The position numbers and the translations under genes were made by a program. Source: Massalongia carnosa (taxonomy: Eukaryota). From it: 64,000 nucleotides of DNA. Position 1 is the first letter of the stretch. Every line of letters starts with the position of its first letter. Where the stretch lies: the NCBI GenBank assembly GCA_965645245.1, contig OZ287083.1, forward strand, positions 682,001 to 746,000. The letters are read 5' to 3'. A model generated the notes under the pieces. That model had not been told where the DNA came from. It did not search any database and worked only from the letters and a program-made list of their open reading frames with translations. Positions 37,062 to 50,892 of this stretch are shown piece after piece.

Positions 37062-37996
37062 GGACGATATGCCTAGGGTCTACCTTAACCTCTTAAAACA
37101 GGGAACTTAGATTGCCAAATTGTATGGCATGTTAGTAAATATTAGGGCATACAAATACAAGCTTTTTGTTACCTATGATGACTGTTCATTAAATTGCTCG
37201 AAACATAGGACTATAATCCTTTTTGAAGCCAGATTAGAATCTGGGTGTAAGTATTGATGAAACATCTATTTTAGTACTTTCAGTCTGCTTTGCAGCTTTT
37301 TCATGTACATCTCTGATCTTCCTCGATGGTGCTATTAGTATGTATTTACCCTTATGCCTACAAAAATAGCGAAACCCCTGATATCTTTCAACCTCATTCT
37401 GTTTGGTTGTTGCTGGCTCTTTGCTTAAGGAGCAAAACATCCTACTCGACTCTAACAACATCGGACAAAATCATGTGGTATCCGAAAATCCTCAAATTCC
37501 ATGATATTTCCCTAGATTTTTTAACGGCTAAAAGAATTTACTGAGCTTTAAGCCACTCCATTTCAACCAAAGCAATCTCAAAGTCTTGAGCGCTTGCAAA
37601 GTTCAGTACATGTAGAGACCAAGCATAGTAAATATCATGTCAGTTAGAACCATCAAAGGCATTAACATGAATGACCGAGTTCGTTTCACGCACCGCAGGG
37701 ACTTGATCGCTAGAAGAGACGAAGCTCAGCAGCTTCTTTTGATTCTTCGATGTCTAGTTATGCTAGCGAAAAACCATTACACTAGAGATGCCCAAGTTTA
37801 GTATCATTAGCTGATCAATCCCATAAGGTTATTTTGGAGACAAGACCTTTACTGCATATCTTAAAACCCCCTTTTTGAAAGATTGAGAGCCGTAATACCT
37901 GAAAGATTGTTCCAAAAATCGCTTATATAGCGATAACAAGTTGGTATTAATAATTAATAATAGCTATTGTAAACAGTTATTGATACAAAATTTAAA

Positions 37997-39029
37997 ATGA
38001 TCAATCGCATAACAAAGCAAATTAAGCCTAGGCTAAAGACAAGAACTATATGGAATACTGTAAAGCTTTACGAGAGATCGATTCATGTCGCTGTCAAAAG
38101 CTCTGCGTTGACGTCTTCGAGATCCCGTTTACGACCTGCCACGCAATCGTTTTTGTCCGCATCTTTCATCTCGCCTGTTAATCTTCGAAGTATCTTCATA
38201 CAGACTGAAAGTACTCCCAACATTGATGTGAGTGTCAAAAATAAGCTTTTCTGCTTTTCGGGAATGCTGATCGACAAAGGCCGTGAAGTTTTTACCCAAC
38301 CATCCTATATTGCCTCAAGGCCTATCGTCGCCTTACTTGGAGTACCTATCTCCAAGATCCACTTTGGCTGCTCCTCATCCGTCTCCACTTGCAGCACGAC
38401 TGCTTAGCATAGACGGGATTTCATCGGTATTCTACGGCCCTGACTCTATAACTGTTACAAAGGCAGCAGATGCAAACTGGGCACACTTGAAGCCTGAAGT
38501 ATTTAGTCTTATCACGGAAGCTGTCACCTCCGGTGAGAGCATTGTTCATACCAGCAAAGATATTGCCACAAATGCTGGCCAGGAAGGCTCAACGCAGGAT
38601 ACACTCGCTTACAACGATAATGACTCTGAGGTTGTTAGTCTAATCAAAGAGCTTCTTGAGACCAGGATTCGACCATCAATTCAAGAGGACGGTGGAGATA
38701 TTGACTTCCGGGGGTTTGTCGATGGAATCGTCTTATTGAAGTTGCGTGGTGCCTGTCGAAGCTGTGACTCAAGCACAGTCACATTAAAAAATGGTATCGA
38801 GAGTATGTTAATGCACTACGTAAGTCCCAGCATTTTTACCTAAGACCAATAGCCTTCTGATTTATTCCCCGGATAGATCGAGGAAGTTCAGGGTGTAACT
38901 CAGGTTCTTGATCAGGAAGAGGAAATATCAATAAAGGAGTTTGCAAAATTCGAGGAGAAGTTAAAGGAGCAGAAAGACCTCCAGGCTATCTCTTCCACTG
39001 CTGGTAAAGGGAGTTTGGATAGCGGGTAG
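37997..39029 (+). CDS. NFU1: Mitochondrial Fe-S cluster carrier Nfu1
   Basis: IFIQTESTPN, RIRPSIQEDGGDI, GACRSCDSS, LKNGIESMLMHY; two introns. Confidence 0.95.
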
Positions 39030-41523
39030 CTTTCATGACGGAATTTACGAACGAACTTTCAGTTTGAGCTAAAAGGCGCATCCCAACGTAGACAGCAGGT
39101 TATTGATGTAGCTAGTTCACGATGCGTTCTCCAGAGCAATCACAAGATGACACAGGCAAACAAACCATTCTTCCTAGCCTAATCACCATCAATCCGGCAA
39201 TGTGATTACCTGAATGTGAACTCGATGGATGATTTTAAAATGATTAATTATAGACAAAGCTAGGAAAACTTTCAAGTGTTGATATAAAGAATGTACATGC
39301 ATTACTTTAAATAAAATGTTAACAAGCATTTAAAATCAGATTATGTTTTTTTTACATATATCATATTATGATACTGCTGTATTTCTATTTGACAATTCAG
39401 AATATAAATTCAAACTGACGATGATTGGTTCGTCCTCGGTTTTGTCCGATGAGAAGATCGTCAGCATGGAGTTTCTCCGCATTTCCCCCTCGTTGCAAGA
39501 ACGCCTTCTCGCTTCGAATAACCCTGAAGACGAAGTGCAAGGATCCGGCATTTATTTTGGCTTCGTTTAGTCGTCGCCCACGGTTCCGTGGACAAGCAAC
39601 CTTAAACTGCTGTCCCCCAAATTCATGCTTTGAACCCAATCCGACTACAAGGACCCAGCCTGTCAGCGGTCAAGGTCTTACTCCCCACCAGCTACCTCCG
39701 CAGATGATTTTTCAACTTCATGACCTTGCATCATAGTATCTTTGCGCGCTCGACGCACGATTCGTCTTCCTATCCCCCCCTCCGCAATTGTATTTTTGCC
39801 CCGCCATCCTTTGTCTAATTCTCGAGTCGCAATCTACCATCGAGCATCAAATCCATACACCCAACGATTCCGCATTGAGCAAGAAAAAGACATTGACCGG
39901 CTTGCACCGTCGATCTTCTGATTGGGCTTCCCAACAATTCTTCAGCACTGAACTGCCATGTAAACTGGAGTTTATGCCACGCGCACATCGCCACCCCTGA
40001 GTTGACAACGCTAGACCCCTCCTACATCTATTAGCAGCAAGCCGCAACATAGCTGGGCATGCCATAACGCAAAGGCAAGTAGTCCCTGGGGAACACTTGG
40101 TGCACTTTATGTGCCAGAGCGAATGCGAAGGGATTTCGATTGGTGTAAGATCTCGATTTCCACAACAAAGAGGATAACATCAGCTCTTCCTAAGTCCTGT
40201 CCGCCGTTGTATGAATACAATTCTGTGGTATCTTTCAATTCTCACCAAAGCCCGGTATGATTTCACTACACCCTGTTTCATGTGGCAATAAAAAGCACAT
40301 TACAGAGCCTCGATGATGCTGGTTCTAGCTAATATCGTGAGGATTGATCAAGCTCTCTGCATTGTCCACTTAATCTAGTCAGAGGTCAAAAGTGGGTACA
40401 TCTACAGTAGAAAAGATATCAGTTTATGTCATAAAGGTTCCATGCATGCTAGTCAGGCTAGGTAAGCAGTCAATATCCGTAATGAAGTTATATTTCTTTA
40501 TCTTAACTTATAAAACCCAGTTTTCTTTCCAATTAGCTGTCTCTAGTGCTTTCTTGTGCAATCCACCGATGATCTTTGGCTGCCGGACCAACGAGCACTA
40601 GGACTAAAGTGAGACCTTATAGTGTGGTGAATGTAGTAAGCAACTTTCCGACTTCCAACTCTTATTTATTAAAATTACTGACATATATCAGATAGTGCGA
40701 GACCAAGACCCCGTAAGTATTCAGGCTTAATCAATTAAGTAGGTATAATCCGTTTTGATTCTTCGGCTCGGTGGTATTGGACAAACGAGGCGTTCCAATC
40801 GGTTCATATATTTGAAGAAAGATATCTCGTTTGATCTAGTCAATTTGATATCTGTATCTTGTTTGCGACAGCACCGTAAACAGGCTAGTTGACTTTAGGT
40901 GAAGGCTACCTGTTTTTTATCTTCATTGCCATTCAATACTTCTATCAGCCTCTTCTTGATACTTCTACCTATATTACGTGAGTCAACACTTGATTCAACG
41001 ATTATTAGGGTCTCACCCGAGTTTGATACATGGCGCATATTAAAAAGCGCTCTTTGTAATTGAGACTTGTCCACCGTTCTCCTGTTTCCTTGTCGCGCCT
41101 CATGTCTCAACTTCAAACCAAGTCTCAAGAGAGTTTTTGTATCATCTCAACTGCTATCAATGGCCCATTCTCTCTATGTTAAACTGCAAGACTGATGAAT
41201 GAATAAGACATTCACCGCCCTAGACCACAATTTAAAGGATGAGGTTGGAACTCTGCTAATGTGTCATAGACATTAGACTAGATTCAGTTGGAGCTTATAC
41301 AACAAGAATCTAAAAGTCTCGTTCAAATCGCTAAAAAGGCAATCTAACAGCAACGCGGCCTACTTCTAAGCCTTCCGTCAACGGCGCATTTAGCTGACGA
41401 TTATTCTCCGAACACTGTACAGCAACCTAGTTCGAAATCGCTATTGTTACCTCATATAGAGCCCTTTTTATTAGTTTGTGGCTGGACGTTGATAGCGCGA
41501 GAATATCTTCCGGTTTTGGAGCC

Positions 41524-44367
41524 ATGGCATCCAATATCAGCTCTCAGGCTCAAACGAGTCACCCAAAGCGTTCATCCTTCAGTAGCTTCCCCGGAGGCAA
41601 CGCAGCTATTTTGCTGGAAAAATCTAAACCCGGGATACGGGGCTCCACACCTGATTCGGAGGCGCTTGCATCGTCTGATGATGAACAAGATCACTATCAT
41701 CGTCTTCAATCAATCACGAATACACTAGGCCCGAGAGCAGCACGTCGTTCATCGTGGCTGACAGAAGTACAGGCACTCCCACAACGGAAAGCGTCCTTGA
41801 GTGGAAGTACAACATTCTCACCCACCAGCTCCCATCCTCCAACCCCGCCAGCCGATTCGTCGGCTTGGGGTGTCAATACTGTTCAGTCCACAGGCGCCAC
41901 CATTGGCCGTTCTCATTCTAACAGCACTTCCTTTCCTTGGGCGAGTTCAAGCGCAATTTGGAATGCCGAGTCACAAAAGGGACCACCGCTACGCCTCACA
42001 GAGGTTTTACCCTCTCCAAAAAGTCTTGGTACACAAGGATCAGCTGGCGCCTATCATGAGGAAGCTATATCAGGCATTTCAATGGGTCGAGACCATACTA
42101 CAGAATCCGCCATCCCGTTTGCGATTCCGCTCCACCCAACCCTAAAAACTTACCGCTCTCAATCATACTCCGTAGGTCAACTAGAACCAGAGCCAACAGT
42201 AACACCTCTTAATTACGGAGGGCACTTTGCCAATGCCCGATCTCGGAATTCGGCTTCATATGCTGGTCTTCAGCATAGACCGTCGCGTCCAAGCATGCTA
42301 GGCGAGCTACCCCATGATGCTTCGCTTCTCGGACAGCTCAGAGAGGTTGATGATGATGACGAAAGCTCTAATGGATCGGAAGCTGGCGTGCAATTATCGG
42401 CTACTCGAGCAAGAACCATTGAGCAACTTGCTATGGAAAATGCTGTGCTCCGTCATGCGGCTGCTGATCAAATTGATAATAATAGAGGTAGAAATCGAGC
42501 AATCTCCACTAACTCCACTACCAGAAACCTCCAGATCGGTGCTCAGAGGCTTCATCAGCCACAGCATGAAATCGGACTTCAGGAGTCTGAATATGCAATT
42601 TACGAAGCCGATGAATCGACGACAAATCACTTATACGATTATGAAGGGGTAAGTGAAGTGTAAATCTAAAGTGTACAACGCTAAACAAAGCTTTCAGTAC
42701 TCGTTATCGGGTGCCGCAGAGAATCGAACTTTGGAGACCGTCAAAAAGGGCCAATGGCAAAGCTCCCTGGGGTTTGGAGGCCTCGGGGAAATTCCTCAGA
42801 GCCGTCGCCATTCTTTCGCTGACGTCCCCACTCGCCAAACCTCCATCAGCTCCGCTGACGAGCTTCCAAATGAATTGGCGATGACAGATAAGAACCTCGG
42901 TATTGGGGTTGGGCATGGAAGTCCGGCAAGATATCGTGAAGTATTGGTGCGCCCTGTACAAGGCGAAAATAGTGAGTATGCCCTATTTCGTTCATGTCAG
43001 AGTAGTCAAGAAAAAGCATTAGAATTTGAACATTTACGCGATCGGAATTTTGCAGCATCCTACTTCTCCACGGCGGAATCGGCTTTGCGAAGCGGAGAAA
43101 CTCACCGACCCTCGAGCTCTCCAGCATCGGCGCACCAATCGTACAACTTGCAGGGCCAGTACGGTCGTTCACAACATCTGAGTCACGCCCCGCCGCGTCC
43201 TAACCAGCTCCTTTATGTCGTTACATTCAAAGCTTGCCGTGCTGATGTATTCTACGTTCAAGAGGGCACAGGACTTCAAGTTACACCCGGTGACTTGGTT
43301 ATCGTTGAAGCGGACCGAGGCACAGATCTTGGGACCGTTGCTCATGAGAATGTTACCTGGACCAAGGCCAAAGAACTAAAAGAACAACTCATTGAGGAAC
43401 ATTATCGGTGGCTTATGCTTTTTTCTCGTCATGGCCAAAATGGCATTCCTGCGAGACCAAATCCAAATGGACAGATTACTCATTCTAACGGTGCGCCGAT
43501 CAGTGCGGTTGGAGGAATGGGCCTCTCAAGTGGACACTCTGGTGTCTCCGATATATCCAGCGCGGATTTGAAGCCAAAATTGATCAAGCGACTTGCACAG
43601 GCTCATGAAATACAAAGTCTGAAAGACAAGGAGGGAAATGAGGCGAAAGCAAAACGTGTGTGTCAGCAAAAGGTGGTCGAGCATCGGCTTAACATGGAGA
43701 TACTCGACGCGGAATTTCAAGTGTAAGCGTCATGGTCTTATTAGTAATTCAGTCTTCTGACATTATTCTTTGCAGGGATTGGAAAAAACTCACTTTCTAT
43801 TACTTTGCCGATTCTTATATCAACTTCAATCCCTTGGTCACCGATCTATTTAAGATTTACAAAACTCGAATCTGGATGTCTGCGATCAACCCTGCATCGT
43901 TTGTAACACCTGTCGCAGGTTTACAACTACCATCAGGCTTAGGACCTGGCGCTTTCGGTCCGGATCTGGAAAACTACACTGATCGCCGCCAACAGAAGGA
44001 TTTTTCAATATTTCATCCGCTTGGCCTATCCCAAGCAGGATCAGGGAGTTTTGATCACATTTGGGATCCAAGTCGGGATAGCGGGGCCCCTGGCGGATTG
44101 AACTTTCCCCATGTCTACACCCAAACATACCAACCTCACGATCTCGATGCTCGTCATATAGAACAATATCCCATCGAATACAGTCATGTTGGACAACAAG
44201 CAATGGGCTTACATCCACGGTTGAATCCAAATTCCTATAACGTCCCCGACCTTCAACATTCATCATATGCTATACTGGCAGAGAATAACCGCGGAGGGTC
44301 GAGAAAATCTCAAGCTTTAGATACCGAGTGGACCCATTCGTTTCAAAGTTTGTCACTTGGCTCTTGA
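41524..44367 (+). CDS. PSP1 C-terminal domain protein
   Basis: VTFKACRADVF, VIVEADRGTDLG, MEILDAEFQ|DWKKLTFYY, LFKIYKTRIWM; long disordered N-terminus; two introns. Confidence 0.88.
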
Positions 44368-45254
44368 TGGAGGCTTATGGAGTTATTTGGTGGGCATTAT
44401 TCGGTCTAGATACAACAGGAATAATCTTGGATCAGGGCCCGTATTCCTGGCTTCGTGGAGCCTAGCTAAAATCCGTATATTCGTTGATACAGCGGATCCA
44501 GCCGGTGCCCGGTCCTCCTTTATACTCAATTGAAAATTACGTGTGCATATCCTCTGATCATCCAACTCCTAGGTTCTTATCAATGCGAATGGCTGCACTA
44601 GCTATGATAGTGCACAGATTGCAGCTTGTATACCAGCTTTTTCTTGCGTCAGACTTACGCATTACAAGCACACTTTACTTCTTGCGTGCAAGATTGATTC
44701 TCCTTACGATTCAATGAACACACCGTGGATGGGTGGATGAAGCTATAGCTTCCACTGTTGTGGTAATGACCGTTAAAGATTTCATCTATTCTACGAAAAG
44801 TAGACGGGACTTATCTAATAGGATTAGATATCTGAAATTCCTTCTGTATAACCTATCAAGCTCATATAGGTCTATTGGTGTTGTCGTAGTTGTAGTATGC
44901 TATGTATTAATTAAGCTGTGATGCCCCATGATCGTTAATATACAGTCTTACATTCTGGGGATCCTGAAGATTTACAGTTCGCATACAGCACGGTTCAAAT
45001 GCATATCAAAAGGCGTGTTAAGTTATGATACACTGGGAAAATCACAATAACTTGATTATAGAGGGCTACGTTAGGGCAATGTGGTATAGAGGTTAAGCTT
45101 ACATAGAGTTGAAAAATAAGTTAGGTTGTCCCAATGCCTTATGATCGACCAATCCCAAAGATCGAGGCTAAAAATTCCAATCACAAAATCAAAGAACTAT
45201 TGATTTTTCTTCATCCGGGTTCTGCTACTGTTCTCTCTGACTGTTCAAATACAA

Positions 45255-46258
45255 ATGGCAAGATATAACAGACAGCCAGCTTGTAAAGAAGGTAACTTGT
45301 TTCGTCAGTCCTTCGCTTGTTTGACTTCTGTTCTTGTTCTGGATAAATCACTGGGAGATAGGGTCTAAAGAAAAAACAGACCAGAAGATACGGAAGAAAT
45401 TCACACTAAGCAAATCAGCATCTGATGGTCAAGACCTTCCACTTGAAGAATACCAAGGACAGTCCGACAATCGGTAAGTTCTAGTGAGTCCCCATTATAT
45501 AAACGTAGCACTCATAGATTGAACAGAGATATTCTATCAATGAGCAAATCTTTGCATAGTCTAACCGCGAAGCAGAGAGATGCTTTCTTGGGCGATATGA
45601 AGAATAAAGTTGAGGAGCGCAGAAAAGGGGTTGGAAATCTACTTCTGCAAAAGACAGAAGAAATGTGAGGCGGTGCTTGACGAGGGCCAGGTGTACGATG
45701 TGGAGCATTGATTGACTGTTGGTATTTAGATTGCAAGAGGATGCTCGATTGAGAACTGTGTTTGTGCTGGCCGCAGCGGATTCCCTTAGACGAAATATTC
45801 CCAACGATGGCGCGCCTCTAGAACCAAATACCACAAAAGACATAACTTCGCATATGCCAATCCATCAAATGCCGAAATCTCTTATCAATTCTTCAAAGGA
45901 TCTTATCAAGCTATACGACAACCTGTGTCTAGAGATTTCCAATTCATGGGAAGAATGCGAAGCAGTGGACAAGGAATGGGACGATGACTGCGTGAAGCTC
46001 AATAGCCTGATCATACAAAGAAGGAAGCACACAAAACAGCATCTCGACTCCATGATGCAAGAAAAGGGAAATGCTGCCAAAGAAAGCTTAGTAGATTCTC
46101 CTCTCGCAACGAAGGAGAGCATTTGGACGACTTTTGGAGGAGGCCAGTCTACGGAGGGTAGAGATAGTGTGAATGGCGGAGACTGGGCACAGGCTGCGAG
46201 TAGGGCAGAAAAAGGGGTGCGGAGGTTGGTTAAGAATCTTCCTGAGGATGGAAACTAA
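45255..46258 (+). CDS. Hypothetical coiled-coil protein, multi-exon
   Basis: 179-aa terminal ORF plus short upstream exons with GT/branch/AG signals; exon structure partly uncertain. Confidence 0.55.
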
Positions 46259-46597
46259 ATGGATTGAGATGCCGTATAATGGAACTCTAAAATAGAAGTC
46301 GATCGGATTATTGTTGATGACCTTCATCCTTGTAATAACGTCAAAGAAAATCTTGCGCCGTGAGATCGTTTTTTCCTGCGTTAATTGAAATTGAGGACTT
46401 CGAGGCTAAGACCTCGACCAATAAGAACTTCATGAATCGTTTTCGCACTAAAAATCTCAGTCTGATTGTCAGACACTCAAAGATTATTATTTGATTCGAC
46501 TTGCTTTATCTGCCCTGAAAGATGGTGTGCAAAACTTCATTTATTATCTCGTCTGTTTTCTGATTTTTTTCTTCTTGTCGTTTATTACTTCTATGAT

Positions 46598-47376
46598 GAT
46601 GATGATATATTAATACTCCGATATGACACCGGCCGTAGGCTGGCCCATGCGGGCAAAGCTATCTAAGTTATGTTACATGGAAAACCTTTCACAGGTGTAA
46701 AAACCATGTCCCTTGATACCCGTCCGATGTGACTACGGGTCGACGTCGGGCGGGAGACGCAGTGCAAAAGACGTGTGGGAACTGTAATGCCTTGTGAAAA
46801 GAAAAGAAAGAAAGAAAGGTTCAACTATTGTTGATTTTACAATAATGTTGATGCTAGTGAGAATTGATTCAATAAGCCTGTTTTCATTAGCCAAGCAGTT
46901 AGTATCTTCAGAGTTTTTGATGATTTGGTCAGCTGCTGATAGTCACTCGTGCCGGCGGCGCAAAACATCTGTTCTCTATTGTCAATAAGTCTGCAGAACA
47001 TGATTACATGTTCTGGAGTTTGTCTGTGCCAGCCACATGAGCAGGCCGGTGAGGTGACGGAGGGCACCCGTCGCTTGTAGAGGAAGTCAGCTAACCCGAT
47101 CTTGCCAGTGCGGATTTGAGTTGTTAGAGCGCTTTCTGCCTTTTTTAGCTGCGTGTGTATTTTCAGCCGTTTTTTGCTCAGTGGGACTGATTGTGCTATG
47201 GAGGGTTCGATGACGCGATTTTGATATGCGCACCACGAGTCGTTCCAGACCTTCATTTGTCGTGCTTTGATTATTTGCATCTGCTTGTGTCGGGCCGTTG
47301 CCGCAACGGTAGCTTCGCGGTGCCACGCCGGGTAGACTTCGAACCATGGTGGGTGTGCCTTTGGTGGTTGAACTAT
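46598..47376 (-). mobile_element. 5'-truncated non-LTR retrotransposon (Tad1/I-like LINE) 3' end with target-site duplication
   Basis: ORF2 C-terminus QIRTGKIGL...CSCG...TPEHVIMFC; (ATC)n tail; direct repeat GTTTATTACTTCTATGAT at 46580-46597 and 47377-47394. Confidence 0.88.
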
Positions 47377-47889
47377 GTTTATTACTTCTATGATTTCTAT
47401 AATTTCATTTGTTTTGTTTATCTCGTTTATCTATTAATTTTAATTTTTTTTCTTCTATTTCTTCTTTTTTACTTTATCCTTTTTGTTCTTTTAAAAACGC
47501 TTTAATATCACGACGTATTCTTCGAAAACAGCATGTAAATAAAGCTTGCAACAAGATTGTCAAATGAAAAATGTAACGAAGCGAGATAATAAATAGATTT
47601 CTATTATTAGGCGTCATCTATCTCAACAAAAGATATAATATTTAATTCGTAGATTAAACTCTATTTGTCACGGTAATAAAACATAATATGTTTTCGTAAT
47701 CTAATACTTGCTTTTCTTAGTGATAAGCCTGACTTAATCAAATAACTCTTTGATTCTTTCATGATAAAAGCAGGTTCAGATTGAAACTAGTCTAAATTAG
47801 CTGTATATAGACGAGCTTGCTCGCATGTCTCAATAAATCATTCTTTTATATATTTTTATTATGATAATTATCTTTACATTATTCTATTG

Positions 47890-48275
47890 ATTTAATTTGA
47901 TTATTCTTACGCCGTTGTGTCACCGGCCGAAGGCTGGCCCATGCGGGAGATGTTATATAAGCTATGTACTAAGTAGAAAACCAAAGGTGAAAAACTACTC
48001 CTGCGTATCCGCTTTATCGGGGGTTCGCCGCTCCCGCGGATTGATTCCTGTATCTCGAAAATCTGCGATACCTGTTTTTCAAACTGAAGAGAGACTGCCC
48101 GGCTGCTGTTCAAGCAGTTGCGTGGCAATGGAATACTGTGTTAAAATACCTGTGCGCATGAGCCACGCGGTTACTACTTTGAGAGCTTTGGGTTCGGTGA
48201 TTAGCTTGCGGTAGTCTGACGAGCCTGGCGTTCGTAGCATGTGCGTTCTGTGTTCGTGCAGTCTGCAGAACATGC
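47890..48275 (-). mobile_element. Second, diverged LINE 3' fragment cut by the MULE
   Basis: MFCRL...SDYRKL...KALKVVTAWLMRTGILTQYSIA parallels the first copy; shares a 27-nt 3'UTR motif at 47921-47947. Confidence 0.8.
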
Positions 48276-50147
48276 GAGGTGCTTAGGGACAGCCCCCGGA
48301 CCGTCCCCCCCCCCCCTGTGTAAATCTTTGCTAGTAAACAGCCATTTCACTGCTCATTCAGGGTGCGTGCACATTAAACTCTTTACGGCTAAATCGTATG
48401 ACGTGTTATTGCTACTTATAATTATCCTACTCGGCTAACGCTATCTCTTTCGCAGGATTATCTCACGAATTTTTATCAAGAATTTCAATTCGTGCATGCA
48501 TATACTACTAAACTCCCTAATTTAGGCGCACACAGCACTGCATTCATTGATTAAAATGTGATCAATAGAAACACCCTATAAGACAATCGGTGCAGAAAAT
48601 ATGTGATGAGGTGCGGAAAAACAATTAGATCAGGAGATTTCGTGCAATCAACAGCGAATACGCAATCCTAGATTGATAGAAAGAAATGCTTTTACGCTAC
48701 TCATTGAGAAATTTACGCATCATGCCATTGGCCTCGTTTCAAGAGAACTCGATGCCGCCAAATCATTAGCTGAACGAATCCTTTCAATTTTCCCTGATGA
48801 TGAAAGCTGTGTTTATGATTGTGAATTGCCTTTAAGGTACGGTCTCCCATGCAAATGCTGATTGTATAAATGCATCATCGACTCGATCCCTATTCCCGTT
48901 TCCCTCATCTACCCCCGCTGGTTTTTTGATGGCCCACCTTATGCGGTCTCTTGACAAATGACCTTCGATCTCGCTCGCGGCTCGGAGCCCGAGATCGAAA
49001 AGATTGTCGATGAGGTCGAAGGGACGAGAGAGATTGAGGCGAATAAGAATGAGGTCGAGCCTGAAGAAGGCGTGTTGAGTGAGGATAGATTTCGCCGCGG
49101 GGGCCTTGATTTGCTACATTCTGTGGCATATCAATCTATTGACCTGCATCAATCAATAAAAGATTCTCATCGAAGGAAGGAGTACGCTCGCGAGCATGCT
49201 CACATCGTTGAAAAGTTCAATAAGAAATGGCAAAAGAAGGAGCTGATAAGACCTCACATCCCCATCACAGTCCCCGACGAAATTCGGCCCAAAGAAAACC
49301 TCATGTATAAGAAAGGAGGGAGTCGTCGACGTGCCTACACTGATCGCGAGGCAGCTGAGGCTAGAGAAACTGAACAGCGACGTACTAGGCGAAGGGACTC
49401 TATTGAACAAGGGAGGAGGCTTAGATATAATAGATTGCGTGCTGGGGGCGACGATGAGGTTGAAGGTGAAACAGAAGATAAAACTCACGATGTTGCAAAG
49501 TTATTGCGCCCGGGTCGGCTAATACTCTATTGGGTACAACAGGTTTAGGAGAAAACTTAGTTATGAAGAGAATCGAAAACGCGCTTATCGTCTCCGACGA
49601 CGATGACGAGGTGCAGTATATAAGCACTCAGCCCATTCTCGGTCGTTCTATGGGTCCTATGCTTCCTTCGGATGACGATAATGATGTTATTCTCACATCA
49701 GAAGCCTCGTCGGATTCGCTCGAAGATATTGACGATGTGCTTGCCAAGCATAGTCGAAAAGCCCTACCTCAGGCAGCGCCGCCTTCATCTCTTTATAGTC
49801 TTAGTCAAAACGTGCGCGCCAGTCAAATTCTCCCTACTTCCTCTGCAACAACGCGAAGGTCTCGGGGTGTGGCGAAGAAATCAAAGGCTCAGTTGGAGTT
49901 GGAATCTCAGCAAAGAGTTGAGAATCAGTCAAACAGGCTAGGGCTCAAGCGAGAAAGGAAACGGCGATGAGAAAGGTGGCTAAAACCATGAAACCTAGAA
50001 AAGATGATGTATCGCAATTGGCTGACGAGTTTATGGAGTTAGATTTGTAGATGTTGAATACACTTAGTCAGTAACTAATACGTAGTGTAACTGCTAGCTT
50101 GTACGCACCCGGGGGGGACGGTCCGGGGGACTGTCCCTAAGCATCTC
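48276..50147 (+). mobile_element. Mutator-like (MULE) element, internally deleted
   Basis: ~35-bp TIRs GAG(G/A)TGCTTAGGGACAG..CCCCGGACCGTCCCCCCC; interior holds a broken transposase C-terminus with SWIM-like CVYDCELPLRYGLPCKC and IYPRW. Confidence 0.8.
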
Positions 50148-50748
50148 GCTGCGATGGGACACAGTTTTAAATCAGATATCTTTTTTTACAATGTTTCGGG
50201 TAACACCAACGGAAAGATGAGTCAAAAGGCTACATCGAGCAGATTTTGAATCCGATTGTTCTTCCATGGCTGCAAACGGGTCAAAGGTTCGTTTTAGAAG
50301 AAGATGGTGATTCAGGTCATAGACCAGGCAAATCGAATATCGTACGCACCTGGAAGGAGAAAAATGAGTTGAATCATTATTTCAATTGTGCTTCATCTCC
50401 TGATCTGTCTCCGATTGAGAATTGCTGGCAGCCTGTCAAACAACATCTTCGAAAATATTCTCATTGGGACGATGCTACTACTAAAAAGTTGTTTTATGAG
50501 GGATGGAGTCATGTTTCTCAGCGATTTGTCAACGAACAGGTGGTCACGATGCCCAAACGACTGCAAGCGGTGATTGATGATGAAGGTAGAATGACTGGTT
50601 ATTAGTTGTAGCAAATGAAATTCAAACATCATCAAATGAACTGAATAGACGTTACAATAATGGATGAAAAGTCTGATGATTTTGGTGGGGTAGAAATTTT
50701 GGTGTAAATTTTATTTTGTCACCCGCGTGGGTGCAAATGGGAATGTGT
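50148..50748 (+). mobile_element. Tc1-like transposase 3' remnant (D37E spacing)
   Basis: NTNGKMSQ, LEEDGDSGH, SPDLSPIENCW, MPKRLQAVI...MTGY; the 5' part is missing at the MULE junction. Confidence 0.85.
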
Positions 50749-50892
50749 ACGAGTACGGAGTATCTCCATAAAAAGAATCAGTTAAAAGTATTTAAGGTTT
50801 CGAAAGACTTTACATATACGGAGTAGAGCGGTGGTGTATGCCTTAGCAGCCGTGAAAGGGATACCCCTTCTCTTTGCTTCACCTTCTAGCCT

